Positions 36,270-46,331 of a DNA stretch of 64,000 bases are shown in pieces; position 1 is the first letter of the stretch; every line of letters starts with the position of its first letter. The DNA comes from Squalus acanthias (lineage: Eukaryota): NCBI GenBank assembly GCA_030390025.1, contig CM059438.1, positions 60,018,001 to 60,082,000 of the forward strand, in the 5' to 3' direction. The notes under the pieces are model-generated. The model searched no databases, was not told the DNA's origin, and saw only the letters and a program-made list of their open reading frames with translations. Position numbers and translations under genes: made by a program.

Positions 36270-36842
36270 TGTCGAAGTTTTACATGCCGAGTAAGACTCT
36301 TTAAAACATAGAATATCGTCAAAGAAGGCTTTTACTAAAGTTTTACTTGTACAAGGGAAGGTTCTGACATAGTCAACTGCTATGTCAGAATGCTCCAAAA
36401 TCTTACAGGATTTGAACATACTTTATACAAAAAAACACAGAACAGGCCACATGACATAGTGTTAAACATACTGATTACTGAGGCACAAACTTGTAAGTTA
36501 TTGCATAGGCTTTCGTTAGAATAACGAGCAGAAATACCTTAAAGATCAGATAACTAGACCTTCGTTGTGGGATCCCTTTGTTCAATCTCGTTCATTCTCT
36601 ATGTAACTCTAGTCTGTGGGCTGATGGTTTACCTTATCTCATCCTGAGCTTGTTAGAAACTAATTGATGCCTTGTTTTGCTAAGCTTTTCTTAGATAAGG
36701 AGTCCTGAGTTGTCTCCATCCTTGCAACTAATTAGAATGATTTACTTATATAGTGACTCCTACTGTCGGCCATTTTGAATTCCTTTTATTCTTTTCTCAG
36801 AAAGCCATTTTGTTTGTCTAAAAAGTAAACTGCACTTCTACA
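36270..36842 (-). repeat. Outer ERV 3' LTR (573 bp)
   Basis: Differs from 51180-51754 by 3 substitutions and a 2-bp indel; PPT AAAAGGGGAAAA at 36843-36854; TATAAA at 36422-36427 and AGTAAA at 36331-36336 on the - strand. Confidence 0.96.
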
Positions 36843-37692
36843 TTTTCCCCTTTTGTCCTTTCTAGGACAACATAGCTTTCTCCTATTGGTCCTTATACTA
36901 AATTAAAATCTAGTCAAGGATACCGACTTCTTTTCTGTTTGTAACCATCCCCAGGATATACCTGTATTGATGGTTGACCTTATCTAAGATCGTCCTTCTT
37001 CTCTGTCTATTCTCGGTGTTTGGGCGTATGTTCTTGTAGGGGTTTTAGTTGTGTTTTGGTGACTGTGGCGTACATTTGTGGTTCATTAGTCTGCTGTTCT
37101 CTAACTTTTCCTGCAGCTTATACTAGCCTGCAGTTCGGGTGTCGCTATACACCCTCGAAGGAGATAGAACTCCTCTATGAGCTGCTGTACCCTAAGTCAT
37201 GGCCCACACAATTTATGCCTAACCTGTGGGGTTCTCCTAGGGAACTGCAGCTTATAGAGGAGGACTGATTCATGACCCACACAGTTTATACCTAACCTGT
37301 GGGGTTCTCCTAAGCACAAGTGCTTCTACGTGAGCCTCCAGAGTGCGGACCAAGTGGTATACAAGGTCGACGTCACCGGCAGTTGAAAGGAGTCCTCTCT
37401 CTTTCCCTAGCCTGCAGATCCCATTTGGGTGGAAGAATATATGTTTACCGAAAGTGGGGAGCATGCAAAAATGTGTATATTATATATATATATATATTTA
37501 TATATTTATTTATTTATTTATTTATATATTTATATATTGTCTAGGTTGTCTAATCCTTAAAATTGTATTTTATTCAATCGCCTCAGTTCCTCCCCGAAGG
37601 GACCATACTTTTCTTCTTCGTCATTTATTTCTTTCTGTATCATCATACTTACTTCAGGTATGACTACCTTGCCTAACCTATTACAACAACAC

Positions 37693-39024
37693 TTAATCAT
37701 TGTGACAACCAAAAATGATACATGCAATCGCGGCTACTACTACTACTAATCCATGCAATAATACTTGTCCCATTGATCCCAACCATCCCCCTAATATCCA
37801 ATCAGCCCAGCCGCCTTTGGTCCTGGATTGATGGAGCAGGGCAACCTGTTTCTGAATATGGTCCGCTAAGTTGGTTATATTTTCAGAGCTATCTGGGATA
37901 TATGTGCAGCATTCTGCTCCGATCATGGCACATGTACCTCCCTGTGCAGCTAGTAGGTAATCTAGTGCCATTCTATTTTGTAGGGCGACGGTTCTCAGGG
38001 CTACCATATCGGCGCTCACCTCCCTCACGGATTTAACCGTGTCATTAGCTACCCCCTCGATTAATGCTGACAGTAACAGTATTTCTTGGGAAGTAAACGC
38101 TATTCCAGCAGGGGGAAACATAGCTCCAACTAACATCTTCCATGTGGGGAGTTCTCTTTTCTTACAGCTATGCTTATGGTGGTCTTTCAATTCCTTTATG
38201 TGGTGTATGTATGGTACTACATACCCCAAATAGCATGATCCTGCCCAATTCTCTGGTAGCCAAGGGTATGCTCTGTGACCGCATATGAAGTACGTCCCGT
38301 TATAGGCTGTCACTATCTGTCCCGGTTGATCAGGGTTCACGTTGGTGCGGAAAACGGTAAAACCCATCTGATTGTCAGTATTCAATCGTTTAGTCCCATT
38401 CCATGGTCTGTTATTAGTCAAATTCATCAAACTGGTAGTATTGAACCACCAGCTTTCCATGGAACTTTCTGCCTCGTACGTAATAAACTTTTGTATGCAA
38501 CGACTTTTCCCCATATTAACTCTGTTCCCTTTAGTCTGTCCTAGATCGCGTTCCCAGCATATATCCCCGATCGGTCGGCCCTTTCCCGATGTATTGGTAA
38601 GGGCTAGAAAAGGAGGTTCTTTCGTATAATCATACGTCGGCTTGTACCATCCCTTAAAATTTTCTAACGAATATCCTCCCCCCTTAAACTCGTTTCTTAG
38701 GCTAGACCACTTTTGTTCCCATTCTTTCCCGAAGGTGGATAGGGTGGTATCTTTCTGTTTCGTATGATTTTTATTAATTATCCATTCTGCCATATCTGTG
38801 AGGTTCAAGGGTATCGGTCGCAGAGGTATTCCTCCTTTCACATGGGTAGGAATATGGCTACATACCCAACAGGCGTTTATCCCACTTTTTTTGGCATACT
38901 TATATGACATATACAAAAAGGTGTTCATATGTAATTCTCGTTTCTTTCGGGGTTCTTTTCTTCTCCCTTGGCAGGCTATACATATCAGTCCGATTAGTAG
39001 GTAAAACGTAAATAACAGCTTCAT
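37693..39024 (-). CDS. env: Outer ERV envelope, 443 aa, gamma-type; cytoplasmic tail lost by frameshift (tail frame continues to 37557)
   Basis: Signal peptide, CWVC motif, immunosuppressive domain LQNRMALDYLLA, CX6CC (CAMIGAECC), membrane helix. Confidence 0.93.
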   Translation of the reverse strand: MKLLFTFYLLIGLICIACQGRRKEPRKKRELHMNTFLYMSYKYAKKSGINACWVCSHIPTHVKGGIPLRPIPLNLTDMAEWIINKNHTKQKDTTLSTFGKEWEQKWSSLRNEFKGGGYSLENFKGWYKPTYDYTKEPPFLALTNTSGKGRPIGDICWERDLGQTKGNRVNMGKSRCIQKFITYEAESSMESWWFNTTSLMNLTNNRPWNGTKRLNTDNQMGFTVFRTNVNPDQPGQIVTAYNGTYFICGHRAYPWLPENWAGSCYLGYVVPYIHHIKELKDHHKHSCKKRELPTWKMLVGAMFPPAGIAFTSQEILLLSALIEGVANDTVKSVREVSADMVALRTVALQNRMALDYLLAAQGGTCAMIGAECCTYIPDSSENITNLADHIQKQVALLHQSRTKGGWADWILGGWLGSMGQVLLHGLVVVVAAIACIIFGCHND

Positions 39025-39049
39025 TGTTTAAGTCTTTTCAAATTCAAAT

Positions 39050-42000
39050 TCAACTGTCCTTATCTGATACTTTCTTGCAATGGGATGCGTGGATCCAGGT
39101 AGGTCTTTCCTTGACCTTTACAGCTGTATTTGTTGTCAAGAGTACTTGATGTGGCCCTTCAAAGCGTGGCTGCAGACTGTTCTTCCTCTTAAAGACCTTT
39201 ATGTAGACGTCATCTCCTGGTTCCAAATTATGGCACTTTCCTTCGGCCGGTTCCGTTTGAGCTTCCTTTACCTGTTGGTGAAAGCTGGAAATACATCTAG
39301 TTAATGCAATGCAATAGTTTAGCATATTTTCATCCATTTTATGAATGTCCATTTGTTTAACCGTAAAGGGTGCTGAGAATGGCAGCCTTTGGGGTCTTCC
39401 CATAACAATCTCATGTGGCGACAGTCCAGCTGTCCTGTTAGTTGCTGCTCGCATTACCATCAATGCTAAGGGCAACAGTTCAACCCATTTTAGTCCAGTT
39501 TCATTGCAAAGTTTAGAAAGTTTATTCTTCAGTACTCCGTTATATCTTTCTACCAGCCCTGCAGATTGTGGATGATAACTGCAGTGAAAATGCTGATTAA
39601 TCTGCAAGGCTTTACATAGTTCTTTAATGATCATTCCAGTAAAGTGCGATCCATTGTCGCATGAGAGCTGCATAGGTATTCCAAACCTTGGTATGATTTC
39701 TTTTAGCAAACACTTCGCAACTGTTACAGCATCATTCTTTTTACATGGAAAAGCTTCCACCCATCTTGAGAATGTGTCTATAATTACCAACACGTATTTG
39801 AATCCTAAACATACAGGTAATTCAATAAAATCCATTTGCAAATTTACAAAAGGGCCTGATGGATTTGGGTGGGAGGCAGACTGTACTTTCTCTGTCTTGC
39901 CTGGATTCATTTCCTGGCAAATGGTGCACCTTTCACTAATTTGTTTTGCAATTGCCGAAATACCTGGTGCATACCATGTTTGATTAATATAGTCTGCCAT
40001 CCCCCCTTTGCCCGCATGCATGAAAACATGAACGCAGCGGGCAATCCACGGGAGTAGAGATTTCGGGGCTACCATGCAGCCGTCATGGTGAACCCATATC
40101 CCTTCAGGCGTTTTAAAGCACGAATCCCTTGCCCAACTTAACACTTCGTCTGAGTTAGCCTGTGACTGAAAGGTCAAAACATCATTAATAGAAGGTGGGT
40201 CATTGTCTGATTTTTGTTGACGCAAAACAAATGCTGAAACTTGTGGCCCTGTATCTGACAGAGCGGCTGATTTAGCAGCTTTATCTGATCGATCGTTACC
40301 CAGGGATATCTGATCCTGACCCCCGGTATGAGCCTGACATTTGATGACTGAAATTTTTGTGGGACACGCTAGGGCTTTTAAAAGGTTGTTAATTTGTTCA
40401 GCATTTTTAACAGTTGTTCCTGATGAAGTTAGAAACCCCCTTAATTTCCAGATCTGTCCGTAATCATGAGCAACCCCGAAGGCGTATCTGGAGTCAGTAT
40501 AGATATTAACGGTTCGACCAGCAGCTAGTATGCAAGCCCTTGTAAGAGCGAAAAGTTCTGCTTGTTGCGCTGAAAAAGACTGAGGTAATGAGAGCTTCCA
40601 CAACTGAATGATCATCTGAAATGGCATACCCAGCTCTAGGTGATCCCCTGTCATCCCTAAGAGCTGACCCGTCCACGTAGTATATTAAGTCACTATTAAA
40701 AATAGGAGTTTCAGATAGATCTGTTCGGGCCTTGGTAGCTAATTGGGTAACCGTTTCACAGCAATGTGGAATTCCGTCTTCTGTTGGCAGCAGCGTGGCT
40801 GGATTCAAAACTGAACACCTTTGAATTAGGAGGTTGGAATTAGATAACAATGCAACCTCATATTTGCTGCTACGGGCTGATGTCAGATGTTGGGTGGCGT
40901 ATTTTGTCAGTAGTACTTCAACTGAATGTGGCACAAATAAAACTGTTCGGTGATTAAGTGTGATGCCTTGAGCCTGTTCCACTGCGTAATAGGCAGCGGC
41001 TAGAATTGGCAAGCACCCAGGCAAACCGCGTGCAACGGGATCGAATTGAGTACTGAAATACGCTAATGGTCTCTGTTTATCCCCATGGATTTGAGTCAGA
41101 ACAGATTGAGCAAAGCCCGCTTTATGATGGACGAAAAGGTTAAACTGCTTCTGATAGTCTGGTAGCCCTAATGCTGGGGCTGATATAAGGGCTTGTTTAA
41201 CATTTTCAAAGGCATCTTCAGCCTTTTTGTCCCAGGCGAGAGGATCCTCCGCTGTGGCTGCGGAAATATCCAGCAGTGGGCGTACCAGGTCCGAATATCC
41301 CACTATCCACTGTCTACAGTATCCTGACATGCCGAGAAAATGTTTCAACTGCTGTTTAGTGGTAGGCAAAGGTGCCTCACAAATGGCTTTAACTCTTTCT
41401 TGCATCAAACGGCGGCTATTGCCATGGAACTCATGTCCCAAATATTGTACTTTCTCTGACACAAACTGCAGCTTAGAACGTGATACTTTATGTCCTTTTG
41501 CCGCTAAGGCACGTAGCATAATGAGCGAGTCGGTCTGGCATGATTGTACATCGGGTGAAGCTATCAGTAAATCATCGACATATTGGATAAGTGTGGATCC
41601 TCCGGTAAAGTGTATGTCTTCTAAATCACGTTTAAGGCTTTGCGAAAAGATTGTGGGGCTTTCTGTGTAACCCTGCGGGAGTCTTGTCCAAGTGAACTGT
41701 GTTCCTTTAAATGTAAAGGCGAAGAGGAACTGTGAATCTTGATGGATAGGGATACTAAAGAAGGCTGAGCATAAGTCAATGACAGTGTAGAATTTCGATC
41801 CAGAGGGAATGCTAGTCAGGATTGTGGCAGGATTTGGCACAACTGGGTAAACGGGTAATACTGATTCGTTCACTGCCCTTAGATCCTGCACAAGTCTCCA
41901 CTTCCCACTCTCTTTCTTCTCGACCGGCAAAATCGGAGTGTTACATTGGCTCTGGGTTGGAACAATTATTCCTTGCTCCAACAAAGAGTTAATGACAGGC

Positions 42001-42440
42001 TGGATTCCTTGTTCGGCTGCTGTTGAGATCGGGTACTGCGGTCTACGGGGCAATCTGACAGATGGTTTTAATGTAACCTTGTATGGCTGAGCAGTTAACA
42101 TTTTTCCAACCTCGTTTGAATGGCTAGACCATACTTGTGGTGGAATTTGATCGAGTAGTTGCTCTGTTTTCCGTGAGGTAATTGGAGGGGCGCATTTCTG
42201 CAAAGGATACATAGTGCATCTATCAGTAGGGATGTACAGCTGTAGTCCTTTTTCTGAACAAATTATTGTAGCTTGCATTTTGCACAGCAAATCTCTCCCT
42301 AAAAGGTTCATAGGGGCATCGTCTGACAGAAGAAAGGCGTGCTGGCCAGAAAAAATTGTCTGCTTGTATTTCTAATGGCTGTGACCACGTCATAGTCTGT
42401 GAGACGCCGGAAAGTCCTACACATGTAGCGCTCTTCTCTG
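39050..42440 (-). pseudogene. pol: Outer ERV pol (protease C-half, RT, RNase H, integrase) with frameshifts near 42350 and 40592
   Basis: [38 protein letters not shown] zinc finger, [19 protein letters not shown]. Confidence 0.95.
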
Positions 42441-43008
42441 TGTTGTAGGGGCTAATCGGAGCCTTAAGCGGACTAACCGTGAAGGAGAGTCGACGCGCTA
42501 CCCGACTTAGCCCGACTGAGCAATAAAACTCAAACACCAATTTACACGGTTAAATGCGGGAGTACACTTTATTCAGAGCGCTCTGGGAGAGAATTGATGC
42601 ACCCACGTGCAGTCACCGACCTCTCAAATAAGTCACTCTGGGGCACAGTATTTTATACATCCATCATTGATTACATCGTGCTCACATGAGCATGTGATAG
42701 TCATTAGAATCCAATCAATTTTATGTATACAATTGTTAAGCATAGTAAATCAATTAACGTCAGGATACAGTTGATGTGATCAGCCTCGTCTATGTGACAG
42801 TGTTATCTCGAGCCCTGTACCAGGATACAGTTGATGTGATCAGCCTCGTCTATGTGACAGTGTTATCTCGAGCCCTGTATGTTGCAACGTTGTCTGACAA
42901 GGCAGACTAAATCCATTGCAGAAAAGTCCTGTGTCAGCGAATTTAAAGTTCATTAACTGGATGAGTTTTTCTTCTCCGACATTTCTTTAATAATTTTCTC
43001 CTCCAACA
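42441..43008 (-). repeat. Inner ERV 3' LTR (568 bp)
   Basis: Matches 48089-48658 except GACTAAAT vs GACTGCCAAT; AATAAA at 42568-42573 and TATAAAA at 42651-42657 on the - strand; 60-bp tandem repeat in U3. Confidence 0.96.
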
Positions 43009-43086
43009 CTCCCTTCTGTTGGTCCGGGGGCACGACCTTCTTGCCCCCAGGAAACCACTGCTCCGTGCCTCTTCACGGGGTCGACG

Positions 43087-44494
43087 CTACAGCCACTGGC
43101 TCATCTCTTGAGGGCTGGCTACCCCGGCGACGGTGTCATGCGTTTCCTCCATGGGCTGGAGATCGGTGTATCCTTCCTTTTCTTCGTCTTTGAGCAACGG
43201 CTCCTCTTCCCGTACGGCGCTGACTGACATTAGCTGGGTTGTGGCAATCTTACAACATGTCTTTAACAAGGTTATCAAGCAACATACAGCGACACATATC
43301 ATCACTATCACAACCATTACGTGCATAATCCAGGGGCCCCATTCTGTTAGCCCCAACCATTCTAGCCATGACTGTGTCGGTTCCCGGTGTAATTTCTTAA
43401 TCTCTTCCTTCATGTGATTTACCAAGTTGGTGATGTTTTCCGAACTATCAGGGATGTAAGTACAACACTCTTGCCCGATCACCGCGCAAGTGCCTCCTTC
43501 CTTTGCAAGCAGGTAGTCCAGTGCCATCCTGTTTTGCATGGCCACTGTCCTGAGGGCTACCATTTCTGCGCTTATTTCTGCAAGGGCTTCTGTGGTGTCG
43601 TTGGCTACCTTCGAGAATTTGGGCATTGTTAATGATTTCCCGTGCTAATTTACCCACCCCCCAGTGGGGGAAGGCGACGGCGAAGAATCGCTCAGTCTCC
43701 GTAATTCCTCGCCTGGTTCGATAACAATGGTGCTCCGTGAGGGATTTGAGATGGTATACATAAGGCATAACGTATCCCAGGTAACATGACCCGGTCCAAT
43801 CTCTGGGCAGCCATGGGTACGCCTTGTGCCCGCATATAAAATATGTTCCATTGTAGGCCGTCATATCCATGTTTGCCCGAAAGATAGTGAAACCCATCTG
43901 ACTATCTGTGGCCCGTCGGGTCCCATTCCACGGTTGGTTACTCGTTAAGTTTAGCAGACCAGTGGTATTAAACCACCAGCTTTCAAATGCCGTGTTCCCC
44001 TCCTCATATGTCACAAAGGTTTGGGTGCAATTACTATTTCCTGCCTCTAGGTTCACCTTCACCCCTCTACTTACACTCCTTGTCCAACATATTTCCCCGA
44101 CGGGTCTTCCGACCCCGGTTGTGTTTGTTAGGGCGAAGAAGGGTGGATCTTTACTAGAGTTGTACTTGGGTTTGTAACATCCCTTAAATTGTTCCAATGG
44201 GTACCCTCCACCTCGGAACTCCTCCCTCGTGATGTCATGATAGCTGTTCTGGTCATTAAGCGCAAATTCTGCTAGTTCCGTGAGATTCAGGGGTATGGGC
44301 CGCAGTGGTATCCCACCCTTACTGTGGATCGGAATATGACTACACACCCAACAGCTACTTTGCCCTGTCTCCTTTACGTATTCATACGACATATATACAA
44401 AGGTATTCACCTGGAGCTCTCTTCGCTTACGGGAGCCCCTTTCCATTCCCGAAACAATGCATGTTAACGCTATTAAACACAGTGGTATCCCCAT
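43087..44494 (-). pseudogene. env: Inner ERV envelope, one frameshift near 43609
   Basis: Signal MGIPLCLIALTCIVSG, CWVC, furin site RTRR, MQNRMALDYLLA, CAVIGQECC, membrane helix, YTDL in the tail. Confidence 0.93.
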
Positions 44495-44520
44495 TTTTAC
44501 TTGGAAGCAGGCACTGTCTA

Positions 44521-44694
44521 TCACCGCGTCGTTGCCGCTTCTGGTAGCACTCTTGTATTAACATACAAACATAAAAACACAGTAGTTAGTACACCAAATG
44601 CAATAAGCCAAAGCACGAATGCAAACAGGTAAGGTAATTGGACATTTACGGGTCGCTTGATCTGTAGGTAAAAGAAACACAAAGAAGCGCCCAT
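44521..44694 (-). CDS. Candidate 57-aa hydrophobic accessory ORF between integrase and env
   Basis: ATG overlaps the pol stop (TAATG); contains LPYLFAFVLWLIAFGVLTTVFLCLYV. No expression evidence. Confidence 0.35.
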   Translation of the reverse strand: MGASLCFFYLQIKRPVNVQLPYLFAFVLWLIAFGVLTTVFLCLYVNTRVLPEAATTR

Positions 44695-46331
44695 TAGTTC
44701 ATCTTTTCTCCATATATTTTTAATTGTGTCCAATGTTTCCAGACTCCCTTCCCCCTTATGTCCAGACAGGCACAGGTATCACCACTAATTATAATTTCGT
44801 AGGGTCCGCTCCATTTTGGGGCGAAGCCTGGCTTGTCAGGCAGGACCTTCAGCATCACTTTGCTGCCCGCTGACGGCACGGAGGGTGTCATGACCCCCTC
44901 CTGTGCCTGATCCTGAAGTTCCTGATTGTCTCGTACGGCTTGGCGCATCCCCTTCAGTTGGGTGCTAAGCTCTAAGACATAACGCCGTAGTCTGTCCTTT
45001 AAGGGGCCCACATCAGCCCCACCTGTTATGATGCCTTCTGGTAATTGCATCGCCCTTCCTGTCATTAGTTCATAAGGGGTCAGGCCTGTCGTACGATTCG
45101 TGGTGGCTCGTAACTTCATTAGGATAAGGGGTAAAACCTCAACCCATGTTTTCCCAGATTCCTGTATTGCCTTTGCTAAAGCGTTTTTGAGTGTTCGATT
45201 CATTCTTTCAACCATTCCCGAGCTCTGGGGGTGGTAAGGGATATGGAACTTCTGTTTGATCCCCATCAGCTGACAAATATTCTTTACTACACTCCCTGTA
45301 AAGTGCGTTCCTTGGTCAGAGTCGATTTGCAAGGGCACTCCCCACCGCGGGATTACTTCCTCGGCCAGGATTCTGGCTACCGTTAAGGCCGTGCAATTCC
45401 GCGTTGGGAAAGCTTCTACCCACCTTGTGAACTGGTCAATTATCACAAGGCAGTATATTTTTCCGTGGGACTGGGGAAGTGGTCCCGTAAAATCAATTTG
45501 TATGTGCTCCCAAGGACCTCGGGGTCTTGGCTGGTGGCCCATTCTAATTTTAATAGGCCGGCCAGGATTATGCTGAGCACAAGTGATACATCGCTGACAG
45601 TGCCTCGCGATGTCTCTTCCCATCCCCTTCCACCACCAATCCTTACTTAATAAGGAGCTCATTGCCTCTCTCCCTGTATGTGAAATACCGTGATGTATCT
45701 CTAGCAGAGTCTGTTGTATGCACTCCGGTGCTACTACTTTACCTTCTTTTCGCCAGACTTGATCGGATCCTACTCCAGCTCCATTTCTTACCCATGTTTC
45801 CTTTTCCGTGTCTGATGCTTCGTCTTGGACTTCCCAGATCTTTATTTCGTTCTCCGGGCTGTCTACGCTGCCCACCAGTACTTCGTTTATCTCCTCCTGT
45901 TCTAGAGCTGCCTGTGCTGCCCAATCAGCCGCCTGGTTCCCCTGGTGGCTGTCCCAGTCTGGGCTTGTCTTGTCTGGTTCTTTCTGATGGGCCTTAATTT
46001 TGATAACTGCCACCTGTTTAGGTCTTTTGCTTGCTTCTAGCAAGGCCTCTATTTGTCCCTGATGTTTGATGGGGTTACCTCCTGTGGTTATATACCCTCT
46101 ACGTCCCCATGCTGTCATGTAGTCATGCACTACCCCGAAGGCATACCGGCTATCTGTGTATATATTGACTACCTGGTTCTTTGCTTCATTCAATGCTTGA
46201 GTCAACGCGACCAACTCTGCTACTTGGGCTGATAAGCTACCGTCTAACCGTCCAGATTTAACTACTTCCATCTTACTATTAACTACTGCCCACCCGGTTC
46301 GGGGTTGTCCATTAATATTTACGGGATCCAT
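44694..46331 (-). CDS. pol: Inner ERV RNase H (C-part) and integrase
   Basis: SAQVAELVAL, IYTDSRY, HHCC, QIDFTGPLP, DSDQGTHF, VERMNRTLK, GPY. Confidence 0.93.
   Translation of the reverse strand: MDPVNINGQPRTGWAVVNSKMEVVKSGRLDGSLSAQVAELVALTQALNEAKNQVVNIYTDSRYAFGVVHDYMTAWGRRGYITTGGNPIKHQGQIEALLEASKRPKQVAVIKIKAHQKEPDKTSPDWDSHQGNQAADWAAQAALEQEEINEVLVGSVDSPENEIKIWEVQDEASDTEKETWVRNGAGVGSDQVWRKEGKVVAPECIQQTLLEIHHGISHTGREAMSSLLSKDWWWKGMGRDIARHCQRCITCAQHNPGRPIKIRMGHQPRPRGPWEHIQIDFTGPLPQSHGKIYCLVIIDQFTRWVEAFPTRNCTALTVARILAEEVIPRWGVPLQIDSDQGTHFTGSVVKNICQLMGIKQKFHIPYHPQSSGMVERMNRTLKNALAKAIQESGKTWVEVLPLILMKLRATTNRTTGLTPYELMTGRAMQLPEGIITGGADVGPLKDRLRRYVLELSTQLKGMRQAVRDNQELQDQAQEGVMTPSVPSAGSKVMLKVLPDKPGFAPKWSGPYEIIISGDTCACLDIRGKGVWKHWTQLKIYGEKMN

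Noticed and set aside
42223..42540. 105-aa minus-strand ORF
   Set aside because: Chimera of inner LTR sequence and the outer protease C-half.
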